64,000 bases of DNA from Amoebophilaceae bacterium. Lineage in GTDB: Bacteria; Bacteroidota; Bacteroidia; Cytophagales; Amoebophilaceae. A model generated the notes under the pieces. That model had not been told where the DNA came from, ran no database searches, and saw nothing but the letters and a program-made list of their open reading frames with translations. Positions 41,292 through 50,827 of the stretch are shown in pieces (position 1 is the stretch's first letter; every line of letters starts with the position of its first letter). The stretch is taken from positions 301,817-365,816 of the forward strand of contig OZ254961.1 in NCBI GenBank assembly GCA_965275955.1, read 5' to 3'. Both the position numbers and the translations under genes were made by a program.

Positions 41292-41966
41292 CTACTTTGC
41301 CTTTGCTGCAGCAACTTGTAACTGTTTACGAACAGAAAGCAAGAAGAGCATAGAGACGGTGATAAAGGATATTTTTTGTAGGCAGATGATAACGGCTCTG
41401 GTCCAGAGCCCCAGCAAGCCCAGATGATAAGGGATAAAAAAACAAAGGGTGATAACTACTGGGCTGAGAAGCAGCAAGCCCATTTTACCTAAAGAACGGT
41501 ATGTAGGTATTCTTAAAAAACACACCAACGGAAGGATCGAAGCAAACAAGCCGCATAGGGTAGCAGTAAGTACAGCGCCAAAGTGATAACTCCTAAGCGC
41601 TAATGCTGTAGGAAAGATAATCACTCCTACAACTCCTATGAAACTTAAAAAAACAAAAATTTTTACAACTTTGGAAATCCTTGACGAATAGTCAGCGAGG
41701 AATTTGTTAAGTAGCCTCCACCAAGAAAGCAAGGTAGCCAAGAGAAAGCCAAAGATCACCAAAACATACTGACTTCCAGGATTGGGTAGGCCATTCAAAG
41801 CTGTTGTTTGAAATATATCACAAAAATAGTTTTGCCACAAGGAATACCCTACCGTTGACTTATCTACCCACGTGCCTCCGGGGTATAACGCAGCAGAGGC
41901 TATATAAGAGGCGTAGAAACCAAAAAGGGATACAGCAATGGCAAGGCTGTGAAAGGGAATGCTCAT
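41292..41966 (-). CDS. Multi-pass membrane protein of unknown function
   Basis: 224 aa with about 6-7 hydrophobic helices. Local GC is low. No motif was recognised with confidence. Confidence 0.45.
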   Translation of the reverse strand: MSIPFHSLAIAVSLFGFYASYIASAALYPGGTWVDKSTVGYSLWQNYFCDIFQTTALNGLPNPGSQYVLVIFGFLLATLLSWWRLLNKFLADYSSRISKVVKIFVFLSFIGVVGVIIFPTALALRSYHFGAVLTATLCGLFASILPLVCFLRIPTYRSLGKMGLLLLSPVVITLCFFIPYHLGLLGLWTRAVIICLQKISFITVSMLFLLSVRKQLQVAAAKAK

Positions 41967-42131
41967 GTTAGGCCGAAATTAAAATTAACAAGTGTTCTAT
42001 ATATGTTCTGTCGCGCTAATCTAGGTATAAGCAGGCTATTTTACGCTAGCGGCAGCTCATTAGCTCCCAAAAAGACTAAACTACGCATTTTATCGCTAAA
42101 ATTTACGCAAGCAAGGCCCTAACTCGCTCCC

Positions 42132-44933
42132 ATGCCCCAACAGCCTAGTCCTACCCACAAACTCTTTCTCCTCGATGCCATGGCCCTCATCTACCGGGCC
42201 CACTTTGCTTTTAGTAACAATCCTAGGATCAACTCCAAAGGGATGAACACTGGCGCGGTACTGGGCTTTACTAATTCCCTGGTGGAGATCCTCCAAAAAG
42301 AAACACCTACGCACCTAGCTGTGGCTTTTGATAGCCCTGCCCCTACCTTCAGACACCAGACTTTTAAGGCCTACAAAGCACACCGCGAAGCCCAACCCGA
42401 AGACATCACCCTGGCCATTCCCTATGCAAAAAAAATTGTTCGCGCCTTTCAGATCCCTGCCTTAGAAAAACAAGGCTATGAGGCTGATGATATTATTGGC
42501 ACCTTGGCCCAACAGGCAGAAAAGGAGCACTTTGAGGTGTATATGATGACGCCAGACAAAGACTTTGGCCAGCTGGTGGATGACCACATTTACCTCTACA
42601 AACCGGCATTTCTGGGTAATGGCGTGGCTGTAATGGGCAGAAAAGAAGTGCTGGAAAATTGGGGCATTCAGCGGGTAGAGCAGGTACGGGACATCCTAGG
42701 CTTGCAGGGCGATGCAGTAGACAACATTCCGGGCATTCCTAAGGTGGGGCCCAAAACGGCTCAAAAGCTTATCCAAACCTTTGGTTCGGTAGAAAATTTG
42801 GTGGCCCATGCTGACCACTTACAAGGCAAGCTGAGGGAGCTGATACTTACTTATGGCCAACAAGGCATCCTCTCTAAGGAATTGGCCACGATCCATACTG
42901 ATGTGCCGCTGGAATTTGACCTGGAGCAGAGCCGGTATCAAGGGCCCAATGAGGCGCAGCTAAAAGCCCTGTTTCATGAGCTAGAGTTCCGCACCCTGCT
43001 GCAAAGAGTCTTTGGCGAGGCAAGCACCTCTGTCCCCACAAAACCTACTGACCAGCCCACCCTTTTTGACCCATCTGCTGCTAAACAAGCCGCTCCTACC
43101 CCCTCTACCGCCTCTCCCCTAGCTACCTTGGCCACCACAGCCCACCAGTACCATCTGGTCGATACACCGGCCCTGCGTAAAGCGTTATTACAAAATCTGG
43201 TCCTACAAAAAGTCATTTGCTTTGACACCGAGACGACCAGCCTGGACGCGCACCAAGCTACACTTTTGGGCATTGCTTTTGCCTACCAGTATGGTGAGGC
43301 CTATTACCTGCCCATTCCCGAAGACCCAGCAGAAGCCCAGCAGATTGTACAAGCGTTTAGCCCTGTGTTCGAAAGCACCACCATCCACAAGGTAGGGCAA
43401 AACCTCAAGTACGATACCAGCGTCCTGCAGCGGTACGGGGTGAGCGTTGCTCCCCCCATCTTTGACACCATGCTGGCGCACTACTTGCTGACCCCTGACG
43501 CACGGCACAACCTGCACGTCATGGCTGAGCAGTACTTGCACTACACGCCTATGCCCATCGAAGCACTGATTGGGCCCAAAGGCAAAGGCCAAAAAAGCAT
43601 GCAAGAAGTCGACATAGCGCTGGTCAAGGAATATGCGGGCGAAGACGCAGACATCACGCTGCAGCTTTACCACAAAATGGCACCCGAGCTCAAGGCCCAA
43701 GGCCTTGAGAAGCTGTTCTACAAGGTCGAATTACCTCTGGTCAGGGTCTTGGCAGTTATGGAGCACACAGGGGTGAAGCTTGACACTGAGGTACTTGCCA
43801 ACCTTTCGGCCAGCATGTCACAGGAAAGTCAACTACTAGAGCAAGCAATACACACCCGGGCTGGCGAGGTTTTTAACATTGCTTCGCCCAAACAGCTGGG
43901 AGACATTTTGTTCGGCAAACTGAAATTGGTCGAAAAACCCAAAAAGACTAGCAAAGGACAGTATGCCACAGGCGAAGAAATCTTACAGACGCTCGCCAAA
44001 GACCATCCCATAGTGGCCAAACTCATCGAATACCGAGAACTACAAAAGCTCAAGTCCACTTATGTAGATGCCCTGCCCACCATGATCAGCCCTGTAGATG
44101 GCATGATTCACACCTCATATAACCAAGCAGTAACTTCTACTGGCAGGTTAAGCTCTACCCATCCTAACCTACAAAACATTCCTATCCGCACAGAAAAAGG
44201 TCGCGCCATTCGACAGGCCTTTGTACCCCGCAGCCCCAACCATCGCTTGCTTTCGGCTGACTACTCGCAGATAGAATTGCGGATCATGGCCTCTTTTGCT
44301 CAAGACCCTAGCATGATGGCTGCTTTCCGAGATGGTAAAGACATTCACCAAGCCACGGCCAGCCGGCTGTTCAAAGTACCTTTAGACAAGGTAGACCAAG
44401 ACATGCGGCGCCAGGCCAAGACAGCCAACTTTGGCATCATCTACGGCATCTCTGCTTTTGGGCTGGCCCAGCGACTCCACATCTCGCGCACCGAGGCAGC
44501 CGCGCTCATTCAAGCCTATTTTGAAGAATTTCCTGCTATCAAGGCCTACATGGATGTTGTGGTTGAACGCGCCCAGACGCAAGGCTATGTTACTACCTTG
44601 CTCGGTAGAAAACGATGGCTCCGTGACATCAATTCCAGAAACACGACGCTTCGTGGCTTTGCAGAACGGAATGCCATCAATGCACCTATACAAGGCAGTG
44701 CTGCAGAAATGATCAAGCTCGCCATGATCCGCATCCACGCCTGGATGCAACAAGCAAAGCTGCGCGCCCGCATGGTCCTACAAGTGCACGACGAATTAGT
44801 TTTTGATGCCCATCAAGCAGCAATTCCACTGCTCCAGCAACACATTCCCGTTATAATGAAAGAGGCACTCCCCTTGGCTGTGCCTATTGAAGTAGAGGTG
44901 AAGGCGGGGGAGAATTGGTTGGAGGCACATTAG
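42132..44933 (+). CDS. polA: DNA polymerase I
   Basis: 933 aa. The 5' nuclease domain has LFLLDAMALIYRAHFAF. The 3'-5' exonuclease domain has CFDTETTSLD. Polymerase motif A is LLSADYSQIELRIMA, motif B is RRQAKTANFGIIYG and motif C is VLQVHDELVF. Confidence 0.96.
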   Translation: MPQQPSPTHKLFLLDAMALIYRAHFAFSNNPRINSKGMNTGAVLGFTNSLVEILQKETPTHLAVAFDSPAPTFRHQTFKAYKAHREAQPEDITLAIPYAKKIVRAFQIPALEKQGYEADDIIGTLAQQAEKEHFEVYMMTPDKDFGQLVDDHIYLYKPAFLGNGVAVMGRKEVLENWGIQRVEQVRDILGLQGDAVDNIPGIPKVGPKTAQKLIQTFGSVENLVAHADHLQGKLRELILTYGQQGILSKELATIHTDVPLEFDLEQSRYQGPNEAQLKALFHELEFRTLLQRVFGEASTSVPTKPTDQPTLFDPSAAKQAAPTPSTASPLATLATTAHQYHLVDTPALRKALLQNLVLQKVICFDTETTSLDAHQATLLGIAFAYQYGEAYYLPIPEDPAEAQQIVQAFSPVFESTTIHKVGQNLKYDTSVLQRYGVSVAPPIFDTMLAHYLLTPDARHNLHVMAEQYLHYTPMPIEALIGPKGKGQKSMQEVDIALVKEYAGEDADITLQLYHKMAPELKAQGLEKLFYKVELPLVRVLAVMEHTGVKLDTEVLANLSASMSQESQLLEQAIHTRAGEVFNIASPKQLGDILFGKLKLVEKPKKTSKGQYATGEEILQTLAKDHPIVAKLIEYRELQKLKSTYVDALPTMISPVDGMIHTSYNQAVTSTGRLSSTHPNLQNIPIRTEKGRAIRQAFVPRSPNHRLLSADYSQIELRIMASFAQDPSMMAAFRDGKDIHQATASRLFKVPLDKVDQDMRRQAKTANFGIIYGISAFGLAQRLHISRTEAAALIQAYFEEFPAIKAYMDVVVERAQTQGYVTTLLGRKRWLRDINSRNTTLRGFAERNAINAPIQGSAAEMIKLAMIRIHAWMQQAKLRARMVLQVHDELVFDAHQAAIPLLQQHIPVIMKEALPLAVPIEVEVKAGENWLEAH

Positions 44934-44982
44934 TGCAGGTGGGGAGGGGGTGATTGATTGATTTGGGGACTGCGCTTACTCC

Positions 44983-45098
44983 TTTTTGTCACTCCGAGCT
45001 TTGCCCTGAGCAGAGCGAAGGAGTAGCGAAGGGACGCAAAAAATCCCTGCCGTGTGTGTCCCGCTTAGGGATTTCCTTCGTTACACGCGGAATGGCAC
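44983..45098 (+). repeat. Copy B (best-structured copy) of the intergenic palindromic repeat family
   Basis: TTTTTGTCACTCCGAGCTTTGCCCTGAGCAGAGCGAAGGAG...AAATCCCT-loop-AGGGATTTCCTTCG...CGCGGAATGGCAC. The nested inverted repeats are CGAAGGA (45016-45022) with TCCTTCG (45074-45080), and AAATCCCT (45041-45048) with AGGGATTT (45067-45074). It lies between the polA stop and the glyQS start. Confidence 0.6.
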
Positions 45099-45253
45099 TT
45101 GTGTTTCTTGTCCTAATGAGCAAAGCAGCTTGGGGCCTGAAAACTGGCTTTTGGGCTCACTCTGCTGCAAGTCCTCTTCCTTGCACACAGCAAAATATCT
45201 GTCGCAGCTCTCCCAGAACTTTTTTGTACTTTTGTGACCTAGCCTTTGACCAC

Positions 45254-46744
45254 ATGTCCCAAACAACTTCTACAAACAACGCCAACAATTCACTCCAGGC
45301 CATCATTGCCCATGCCAAAGAGTATGGCTTTTTGTATCCTTCAAGTGAGCTCTACGAGGGACTGCAGGCAGTATATGATTATGGCCCCTATGGTGCTGCC
45401 TTAAAGCGCAACTTACAAAACCTGTGGTGGCAGAGCATGACTCAGCTCCATGCAAACATTGTAGGCATGGACGCAGCCATCTTCATGCACCCTCGCACCT
45501 GGCAAGCCTCTGGGCATGTAGAGAGCTTCAACGATCCGATGATCGACAACAAAGACTCTAAGAAAAGGTACCGGGCAGATGCACTCCTTGAAGCCCATGC
45601 TACGACGCTGGCACAAAATGGCGACCAGCAAGGAGCCGATAATCTTCTCCAGACCACGCATCGTCTGCTCCAGACGCAAGATCTAGCCGGACTACACGAG
45701 CTTATTGTTAACGCAGGCATCCAGTGTCCTCTCGCTAAAACCAGCAATTGGACTGCCGTACGGCAGTTCAACCTTATGTTCACTACGCAAGCAGGCGCAC
45801 TAGAAGAAGCCAACACCATCTACCTCAGGCCCGAAACAGCGCAAGGCATTTTTGTGAATTTCTTAAACATACAGAAGTCTTCCCGCATGAAAGTTCCCTT
45901 TGGCATTGCACAAATCGGGAAAGCCTTCCGCAATGAGATCGTTGCTCGGCAGTTCATCTTTCGTATGCGTGAGTTTGAACAGATGGAAATGCAGTTTTTT
46001 GTACGTCCTGGCACTGAAGCCCATTGGTTCAATTACTGGAAAGAGCAGCGTCTCAACTGGTACCTGGCGCTAGGCATTCCTAGCTCCCAGCTTAGCGTGC
46101 GGCCTCACGAACACCTGGCCCACTATGCGCAGGCAGCGGTAGATATCGAGTATGTCTTCCCTTTAGGGCAAAAAGAGATAGAGGGCATTCACTCCAGAAC
46201 AGACTTTGACCTCAAACGCCATGAAGCCTATGCCAATAAGAAGCTCCAATATTTTGATCCAGAGATTAGCCAAAGCTACACTCCCTATGTCATTGAAACT
46301 TCACTTGGTTGCGATCGCTTGGTCTTGATGTTGTTGTGCCAAGGACTGATGCAGGAAACAGTGGCAGAAGGCGAACAAACCAAGACAAGGACTTACTTGA
46401 AGCTCCCCCCTGCCCTAGCCCCCATCAAAGCAGCTATCTTACCTCTGGTCAAAAAGGATGGGCTGCCAGAAAGGGCGCAAAAGCTTACTGCAGAACTTCG
46501 GCTAGACTGCTCCTTAATATATGCAGAAAGCCAGTCTATTGGGAAACGGTATGCCCGACAAGACCTAATTGGTACCCCCTACTGCGTCACTATAGACCAC
46601 CAGACCTTAGAAGATGATACCGTTACAGTGAGAGCGCGCGATACCATGCAGCAACAGCGTCTCGCAGTCCAAGAGCTGAGGGACTATCTTGAGGAAAGAG
46701 TAGCTTTGCAAACTATATTACGCAAGCTTGACATGGGCCAATAG
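45254..46744 (+). CDS. glyQS: Glycine--tRNA ligase (dimeric class II type)
   Basis: The ATG at 45254 gives MSQTTS...LQAIIAHAKEYGFLYPSSELYEGLQAVYDYGPYG, which is the typical GlyQS N-terminus. Also has the class II motifs FRNEI..R and GxDR (SLGCDRLVL). The 100 upstream codons of the listed ORF translate repeat copy B. Confidence 0.92.
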   Translation: MSQTTSTNNANNSLQAIIAHAKEYGFLYPSSELYEGLQAVYDYGPYGAALKRNLQNLWWQSMTQLHANIVGMDAAIFMHPRTWQASGHVESFNDPMIDNKDSKKRYRADALLEAHATTLAQNGDQQGADNLLQTTHRLLQTQDLAGLHELIVNAGIQCPLAKTSNWTAVRQFNLMFTTQAGALEEANTIYLRPETAQGIFVNFLNIQKSSRMKVPFGIAQIGKAFRNEIVARQFIFRMREFEQMEMQFFVRPGTEAHWFNYWKEQRLNWYLALGIPSSQLSVRPHEHLAHYAQAAVDIEYVFPLGQKEIEGIHSRTDFDLKRHEAYANKKLQYFDPEISQSYTPYVIETSLGCDRLVLMLLCQGLMQETVAEGEQTKTRTYLKLPPALAPIKAAILPLVKKDGLPERAQKLTAELRLDCSLIYAESQSIGKRYARQDLIGTPYCVTIDHQTLEDDTVTVRARDTMQQQRLAVQELRDYLEERVALQTILRKLDMGQ

Positions 46745-46746
46745 AC

Positions 46747-46773
46747 TCAGAATAGGGCTTTGTGTTATTCTGA
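46747..46773 (+). terminator. Weak hairpin just after the glyQS stop
   Basis: TCAGAATA-GGGCTTTGTGT-TATTCTGA gives an 8-bp AU-rich stem with no clear T tract. Confidence 0.25.
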
Positions 46774-46931
46774 ACAAATAGGAAAGATCTTAAGGAGTAT
46801 GAAATGCTACGCAGATGTGTTTTGCCAATCTTCTTTCACTACCCCCACAAGGCCTAATAAAAAGCTTAGTCAGACCAAATCGCTTTTAAAATCGCCCAAT
46901 TATTAGTGGATTATCCAGTAAAAATTTTATC

Positions 46932-47004
46932 GGGGAATTAGCTCAGCTGGCAGAGCGTCTCAATGGCATCGAGAAGGTCGGGGGTTCGACTCCCCCATTC
47001 TCCA
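46932..47004 (+). tRNA. tRNA-Ala (GGC)
   Basis: 73-nt cloverleaf with the G3:U70 Ala identity pair. The anticodon loop ATGGCAT is identical to that of E. coli tRNA-Ala(GGC). There is one A:C mismatch at 31:39. Confidence 0.85.
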
Positions 47005-47088
47005 CACAATTTTTTTATATCACTGTTGCTAAAAGAGCTGTTGCCAGCATCTCTTTTGCTTCCCTAGCAGCCTAACCAGCCTATTTTT

Positions 47089-47973
47089 ATGCAATCTTTC
47101 TTATTTGAAAACGCGCTAGTCATTCTGCTCTTACCTGCAAGCTACTACATATTGTGGAAGTTATTCCGCAATACATGGCGCGAACTTGATGAGGAGGCTC
47201 ATGCATGGAACACAGCACATCGCAAAAAAGGAGGCACCAACTTTCGTCCCTTCGCTGTCTTTGCCATTGCTGCAACGGTGCTGGCCTGGCAAGATTATTA
47301 TGGAGGAAGTTATTTTTACCGGGCACATATATACCCGCTGCTCTGCCAGTTAGACCAAAGGTTTCCAGCGTGGGTACAGCTTGCTAAATACAAAGTATTG
47401 TATGATTACGTGTGGTGGGAATTAGCATTGATCCTGGGGTACGTCGTTTTTCCTTTTACTATCTGGAAAATTCTTTTTCCCAAAGATACTTTACTCGACT
47501 TTGGCTTGCGTACGCAGGGCTTCTTCCACCATATACGCCTCTATGGCTTGTTCTTGGTGCTGATCATCTTGGCAGTAGTGTTCGCTAGCTTTCAGTCAAG
47601 TTTTGTGGACTACTACCCCTACTACAAGTTGGCCTCCCGTAGCTGGTGGGATCTTTTGCTTTGGGAAGCTATCTACTTGCCTGGGTTTTTTGCCCTTGAA
47701 ATATTTTTTAGAGGCTGGTGGTTAGTAGCCTTACGGCAAAGCTTAGGATCTGCTGCCATTTTTACCATGGTAGTCCCTTACTGCATGATTCACTTTGGTA
47801 AACCTTACTTAGAAACAATGGTAACCGTCATGGGTGCTATTGCACTAGGGTCGATTAGTATGAAGAATAAAAGCGTTTATCAAGGAACCCTACTCCATAT
47901 TGCTTTAGCGCTCTCTATGGATTTGCTAGCGCTGGCACAAAGAGGAGCTTTCCCCAATACATTTTGGCCATAG
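47089..47973 (+). CDS. CPBP (CAAX/Abi) family intramembrane metalloprotease
   Basis: 294 aa and multi-pass. Motif 1-like FALEIFFRGWW, then CMIHFGKPYLE and LLHIALALSMD. Confidence 0.6.
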   Translation: MQSFLFENALVILLLPASYYILWKLFRNTWRELDEEAHAWNTAHRKKGGTNFRPFAVFAIAATVLAWQDYYGGSYFYRAHIYPLLCQLDQRFPAWVQLAKYKVLYDYVWWELALILGYVVFPFTIWKILFPKDTLLDFGLRTQGFFHHIRLYGLFLVLIILAVVFASFQSSFVDYYPYYKLASRSWWDLLLWEAIYLPGFFALEIFFRGWWLVALRQSLGSAAIFTMVVPYCMIHFGKPYLETMVTVMGAIALGSISMKNKSVYQGTLLHIALALSMDLLALAQRGAFPNTFWP

Positions 47974-48145
47974 CACATAAAAAAGTGTACGCCCTAAAAG
48001 TTAGTGGCTACCATGCACCTTGAGTAGGTCCTAGGTGGGCCGATGAACAATACAGCAAGTTTGTTTTTGACAAAGAGCTTTTTAGCTTCTAGTATGGAGC
48101 TTTTATTAGTAATCCAGCAAGCCTCTTGCCATAGCAAAGCATCTC

Positions 48146-48807
48146 ATGGACCTACAGCACATGCTTGATTTCCTGGCAGCCTTACGACAAAACAACAACA
48201 AGGCTTGGATGGGTACCCACAAGGCAGCCTATCAACAAGCACGCAATACTTTGCTAGACGTGACGGATTCGCTGATTAAGGGCATGGGGCCCTTGGACGA
48301 ATCAGTCGCAGACCTGGCACCCAAGCAGTGCATTTTTCGGATCAATCGTGACATTCGGTTTAGCAAAAACAAGTCCCCTTATAAAACCAATATGGGTGTC
48401 TTTCTAGCTCCTGAAGGAAAAAACAGTGGTTATGCAGGCTACTACCTGCACATAGAGCCAGAGGGCAAGTCGTTTATTGCTGGGGGCATGTACCAGCCTA
48501 CTTCAGCTGCGCTTAAGAAGATCCGGCAAGAGATCGATTACCATGCAGATGCACTACTTAGAGTCCTTAGTGCACCTCGTTTTAAGCAGCTATTTGGTGC
48601 TTTACAAGGAGAAAAGCTCAAAAAAACACCGCAAGGCTATGAGGCAGCGCACCCACAGGCTGAGTTGTTAAAAATGAAGTCCTACCTAGTCACGCACCCC
48701 GTCACAGATAGCGCAGTCACACAAAAGATTTCCTCTCTCAGGTACTGGAAGTCTTTCAGGCTATGATTCCCCTCAACAAATTCTTGAACACAGCCATCAG
48801 CATGTAG
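48146..48807 (+). pseudogene. DUF2461 (TIGR02453) family protein, frameshifted in an A4 run near 48723-48726
   Basis: LDFLAALRQNNNKAWM..IFRINRDIRFSKNKSPYKTN..GYYLHIEP is typical of the family. After ..DSAVTQK the expected C-terminus DFLSQVLEVFQAMIPLNKFLNTAISM is in the +1 frame and ends at TAG 48805-48807. Confidence 0.7.
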
Positions 48808-49023
48808 TGCTTTGGCTTTTTGCGCTAGGTGTGTGCTCCAGCCCTTGGCGCACTCATATACAGCTAGCAATAGCAGCAAGCAACTATCCGCAACCAAGTA
48901 CTTGCTAAGGCTTAGTAACACTCAGTAGGAACTAGCTTGCTGCGCATAGCCCCAAAGCGCAACTTGCTTTTCTAGTGTAGGGGTGAGAACTTCCTGGCGT
49001 TCTCATCATCCAACTGCTACACC

Positions 49024-49551
49024 ATGATTGCGATAGAACAAGTGGCCTTCCTAGAGGTCCTGACCTTTATAGCAAGCGCCCTACTTTTTATAGGCATTGG
49101 TTCGTTGGTGGGTTCCTTACTACGGCCTCAGCGCCCTAACAAAGCAAAGCTACGTACCTACGAGTCAGGCGAGGAGGCTGTTGGCCATGCTTGGGGAAAG
49201 TTTAATACCCGTTTTTATGGCATTGCGATTGTCTTTGTGCTTTTTGAGGTGGAAACTGTGCTACTGTTTCCTTGGGCTACAGTATGGGCTAAACGCGAAC
49301 TTAACGAGACAACAGGAGGCTTGTGGGCTAGCTATACAGCCATGTCAGCCGTGCTGTTTATCACCCTGCTGGCCATAGGCCTGGCCTATGCATGGAGCCA
49401 AGGACATCTGGCTGGTATACAACCTCCTCGCCCCTCCTCTTCTTTTGTGTCTAAGGTACCTCAGGCGTATTATGACCAAGTCAATAGGCGCTATGACCCA
49501 TCTGCTAAAGAAGCTATAGATCATGCTAACAACGCAGCAACAAGCCCATGA
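49024..49551 (+). CDS. nuoA: NADH-quinone oxidoreductase subunit A (with a ~45-aa C-terminal extension)
   Basis: 175 aa. Contains [40 protein letters not shown]. The stop overlaps the nuoB start (ATGA). Confidence 0.88.
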   Translation: MIAIEQVAFLEVLTFIASALLFIGIGSLVGSLLRPQRPNKAKLRTYESGEEAVGHAWGKFNTRFYGIAIVFVLFEVETVLLFPWATVWAKRELNETTGGLWASYTAMSAVLFITLLAIGLAYAWSQGHLAGIQPPRPSSSFVSKVPQAYYDQVNRRYDPSAKEAIDHANNAATSP

Positions 49552-50048
49552 AGTCACAAAAAACAGGAGAAGGAGCGGTGATTTTGTCGAAGCTAGATGA
49601 CCTGCTTAACTGGTCCAAGCGGTCGTCTTTATGGCCCATGACATTTGGCCTAGCCTGTTGTGCCATTGAGATGATGGGCACGTATGGGGCTGATTACGAC
49701 CTGGACCGCTTGGGAGTCATCCCTAGGGCTTCTCCGCGCCAGGCAGATGTGATGATCGTATCGGGCACGGTTACCTTTAAAATGGCTGATAGAATCAAAC
49801 GGCTTTACGAACAAATGGCTGAGCCACGCTATGTGATCTCCATGGGGTCGTGCGCCAACTGTGGCGGGCCTTATTGGCAGCATGGCTACCATGTAGTCAA
49901 GGGAGTAGATAGAATTATCCCTGTAGATGTCTATGTTCCAGGTTGCCCGCCACGCCCTGAAGCACTGATTGGGGGCTTTTTGAAGCTGCAAGAAAAGATT
50001 CGTCAAGAAAAGCTCACCCCAGCTGAGGCTTCGAAAGCACCTGGGTAG
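49548..50048 (+). CDS. nuoB: NADH-quinone oxidoreductase subunit B
   Basis: 166 aa. N2 cluster ligand contexts [22 protein letters not shown] and [11 protein letters not shown]. Confidence 0.95.
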   Translation: MKSQKTGEGAVILSKLDDLLNWSKRSSLWPMTFGLACCAIEMMGTYGADYDLDRLGVIPRASPRQADVMIVSGTVTFKMADRIKRLYEQMAEPRYVISMGSCANCGGPYWQHGYHVVKGVDRIIPVDVYVPGCPPRPEALIGGFLKLQEKIRQEKLTPAEASKAPG

Positions 50049-50075
50049 GAAGCCCCAAAGGCTAAAGAGAAACTA

Positions 50076-50573
50076 ATGACTTTTAAAGAAATCACTGCCT
50101 TACTGACCCAATACTTTGGCTCAGGCATCATCCTGTCAGAAGACCTGCACGCTACGCCGCCAGCCCTCCTTATTCCAGCACAGCGTATTACCGAGGTCGG
50201 ACAAATGCTTCATGCGCATGAAAAAACCTATTTCGATTACCTGACTTGTATCACTGCCCTAGACAATGGCCCTGAGGCAGGTACGCTGGAAGTGATCTAC
50301 CACCTGTACTCTATTCCCTATCACCTGCAGCTGATGCTCAAAGTGCAAGTGGCTAGGAATGGGCCTGGAGAACCATTGCCTGAGGTGTCTTCGATAAGCC
50401 ATATTTGGCGAGGGGCTACCTGGCACGAGCGTGAGGCTTATGATTTGGTAGGCATTGTCTTTACCAACCATCCAGACTTGCGGCGTATCTTACTACCTGC
50501 TGACTGGAGAGGGCATCCGCTGCGAAAAGACTATGAAGCACAGCAGCAGTATCATGGCATCTCCATAGCGTGA
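50076..50573 (+). CDS. nuoC: NADH-quinone oxidoreductase subunit C
   Basis: 165 aa. WRGATWHEREAYDLVGIVFTNHPDLRRILLP..W.GHPLRKDY. Confidence 0.92.
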   Translation: MTFKEITALLTQYFGSGIILSEDLHATPPALLIPAQRITEVGQMLHAHEKTYFDYLTCITALDNGPEAGTLEVIYHLYSIPYHLQLMLKVQVARNGPGEPLPEVSSISHIWRGATWHEREAYDLVGIVFTNHPDLRRILLPADWRGHPLRKDYEAQQQYHGISIA

Positions 50574-50657
50574 TTGAGCTATTTGTTGATGGGGTGACTG
50601 ATAGGCTGTTGACTAATGCTTGCAAGGTAGACTGGCAGCAACCAATTTCCTCCTTGG

Positions 50658-50732
50658 GTCATTCCGAACGAATGTGAAGAGGCTTACTAAGTGGACAGTT
50701 ATGCAGAGTTACTTCACTTCGTTCAGCATAAC
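50658..50732 (+). repeat. Copy C of the intergenic palindromic repeat family
   Basis: GTCATTCCGAACGAATGTGAAGAGG...TACTTCACTTCGTTCAGCATAAC. The arms GAACGAATGTGAAG and CTTCACTTCGTTC pair imperfectly. It lies between the nuoC stop and the dnaG start. Confidence 0.5.
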
Positions 50733-50827
50733 AAAAAGAGAAGAAGCGCATGACAAACAAGGGAATTATCTAGGATCCTCTGCTCCAATAACCCAATCAA
50801 GCAATGACTTAATCACCTAATAAAAAT

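Noticed and set aside
45093-45110. TGGCAC hexamer that could be a sigma-54 -24 element, noted because rpoN is in the window.
   Set aside because: The -12 position reads TTTC rather than TTGC. The hexamer is part of the repeat copy B terminal arm. Other TGGCAC occurrences lie inside coding regions.
44954-45253. 100-codon N-terminal extension of the glycyl-tRNA synthetase ORF.
   Set aside because: It translates repeat copy B (..CHSELCPEQSEGVAKGRKKS..). The canonical GlyQS N-terminus starts at the ATG at 45254.
50620-50820. 66-aa ORF between nuoC and dnaG.
   Set aside because: It is a translation of repeat copy C (..SFRTNVKRLTKW..) with a non-ATG start. It is not a credible gene.
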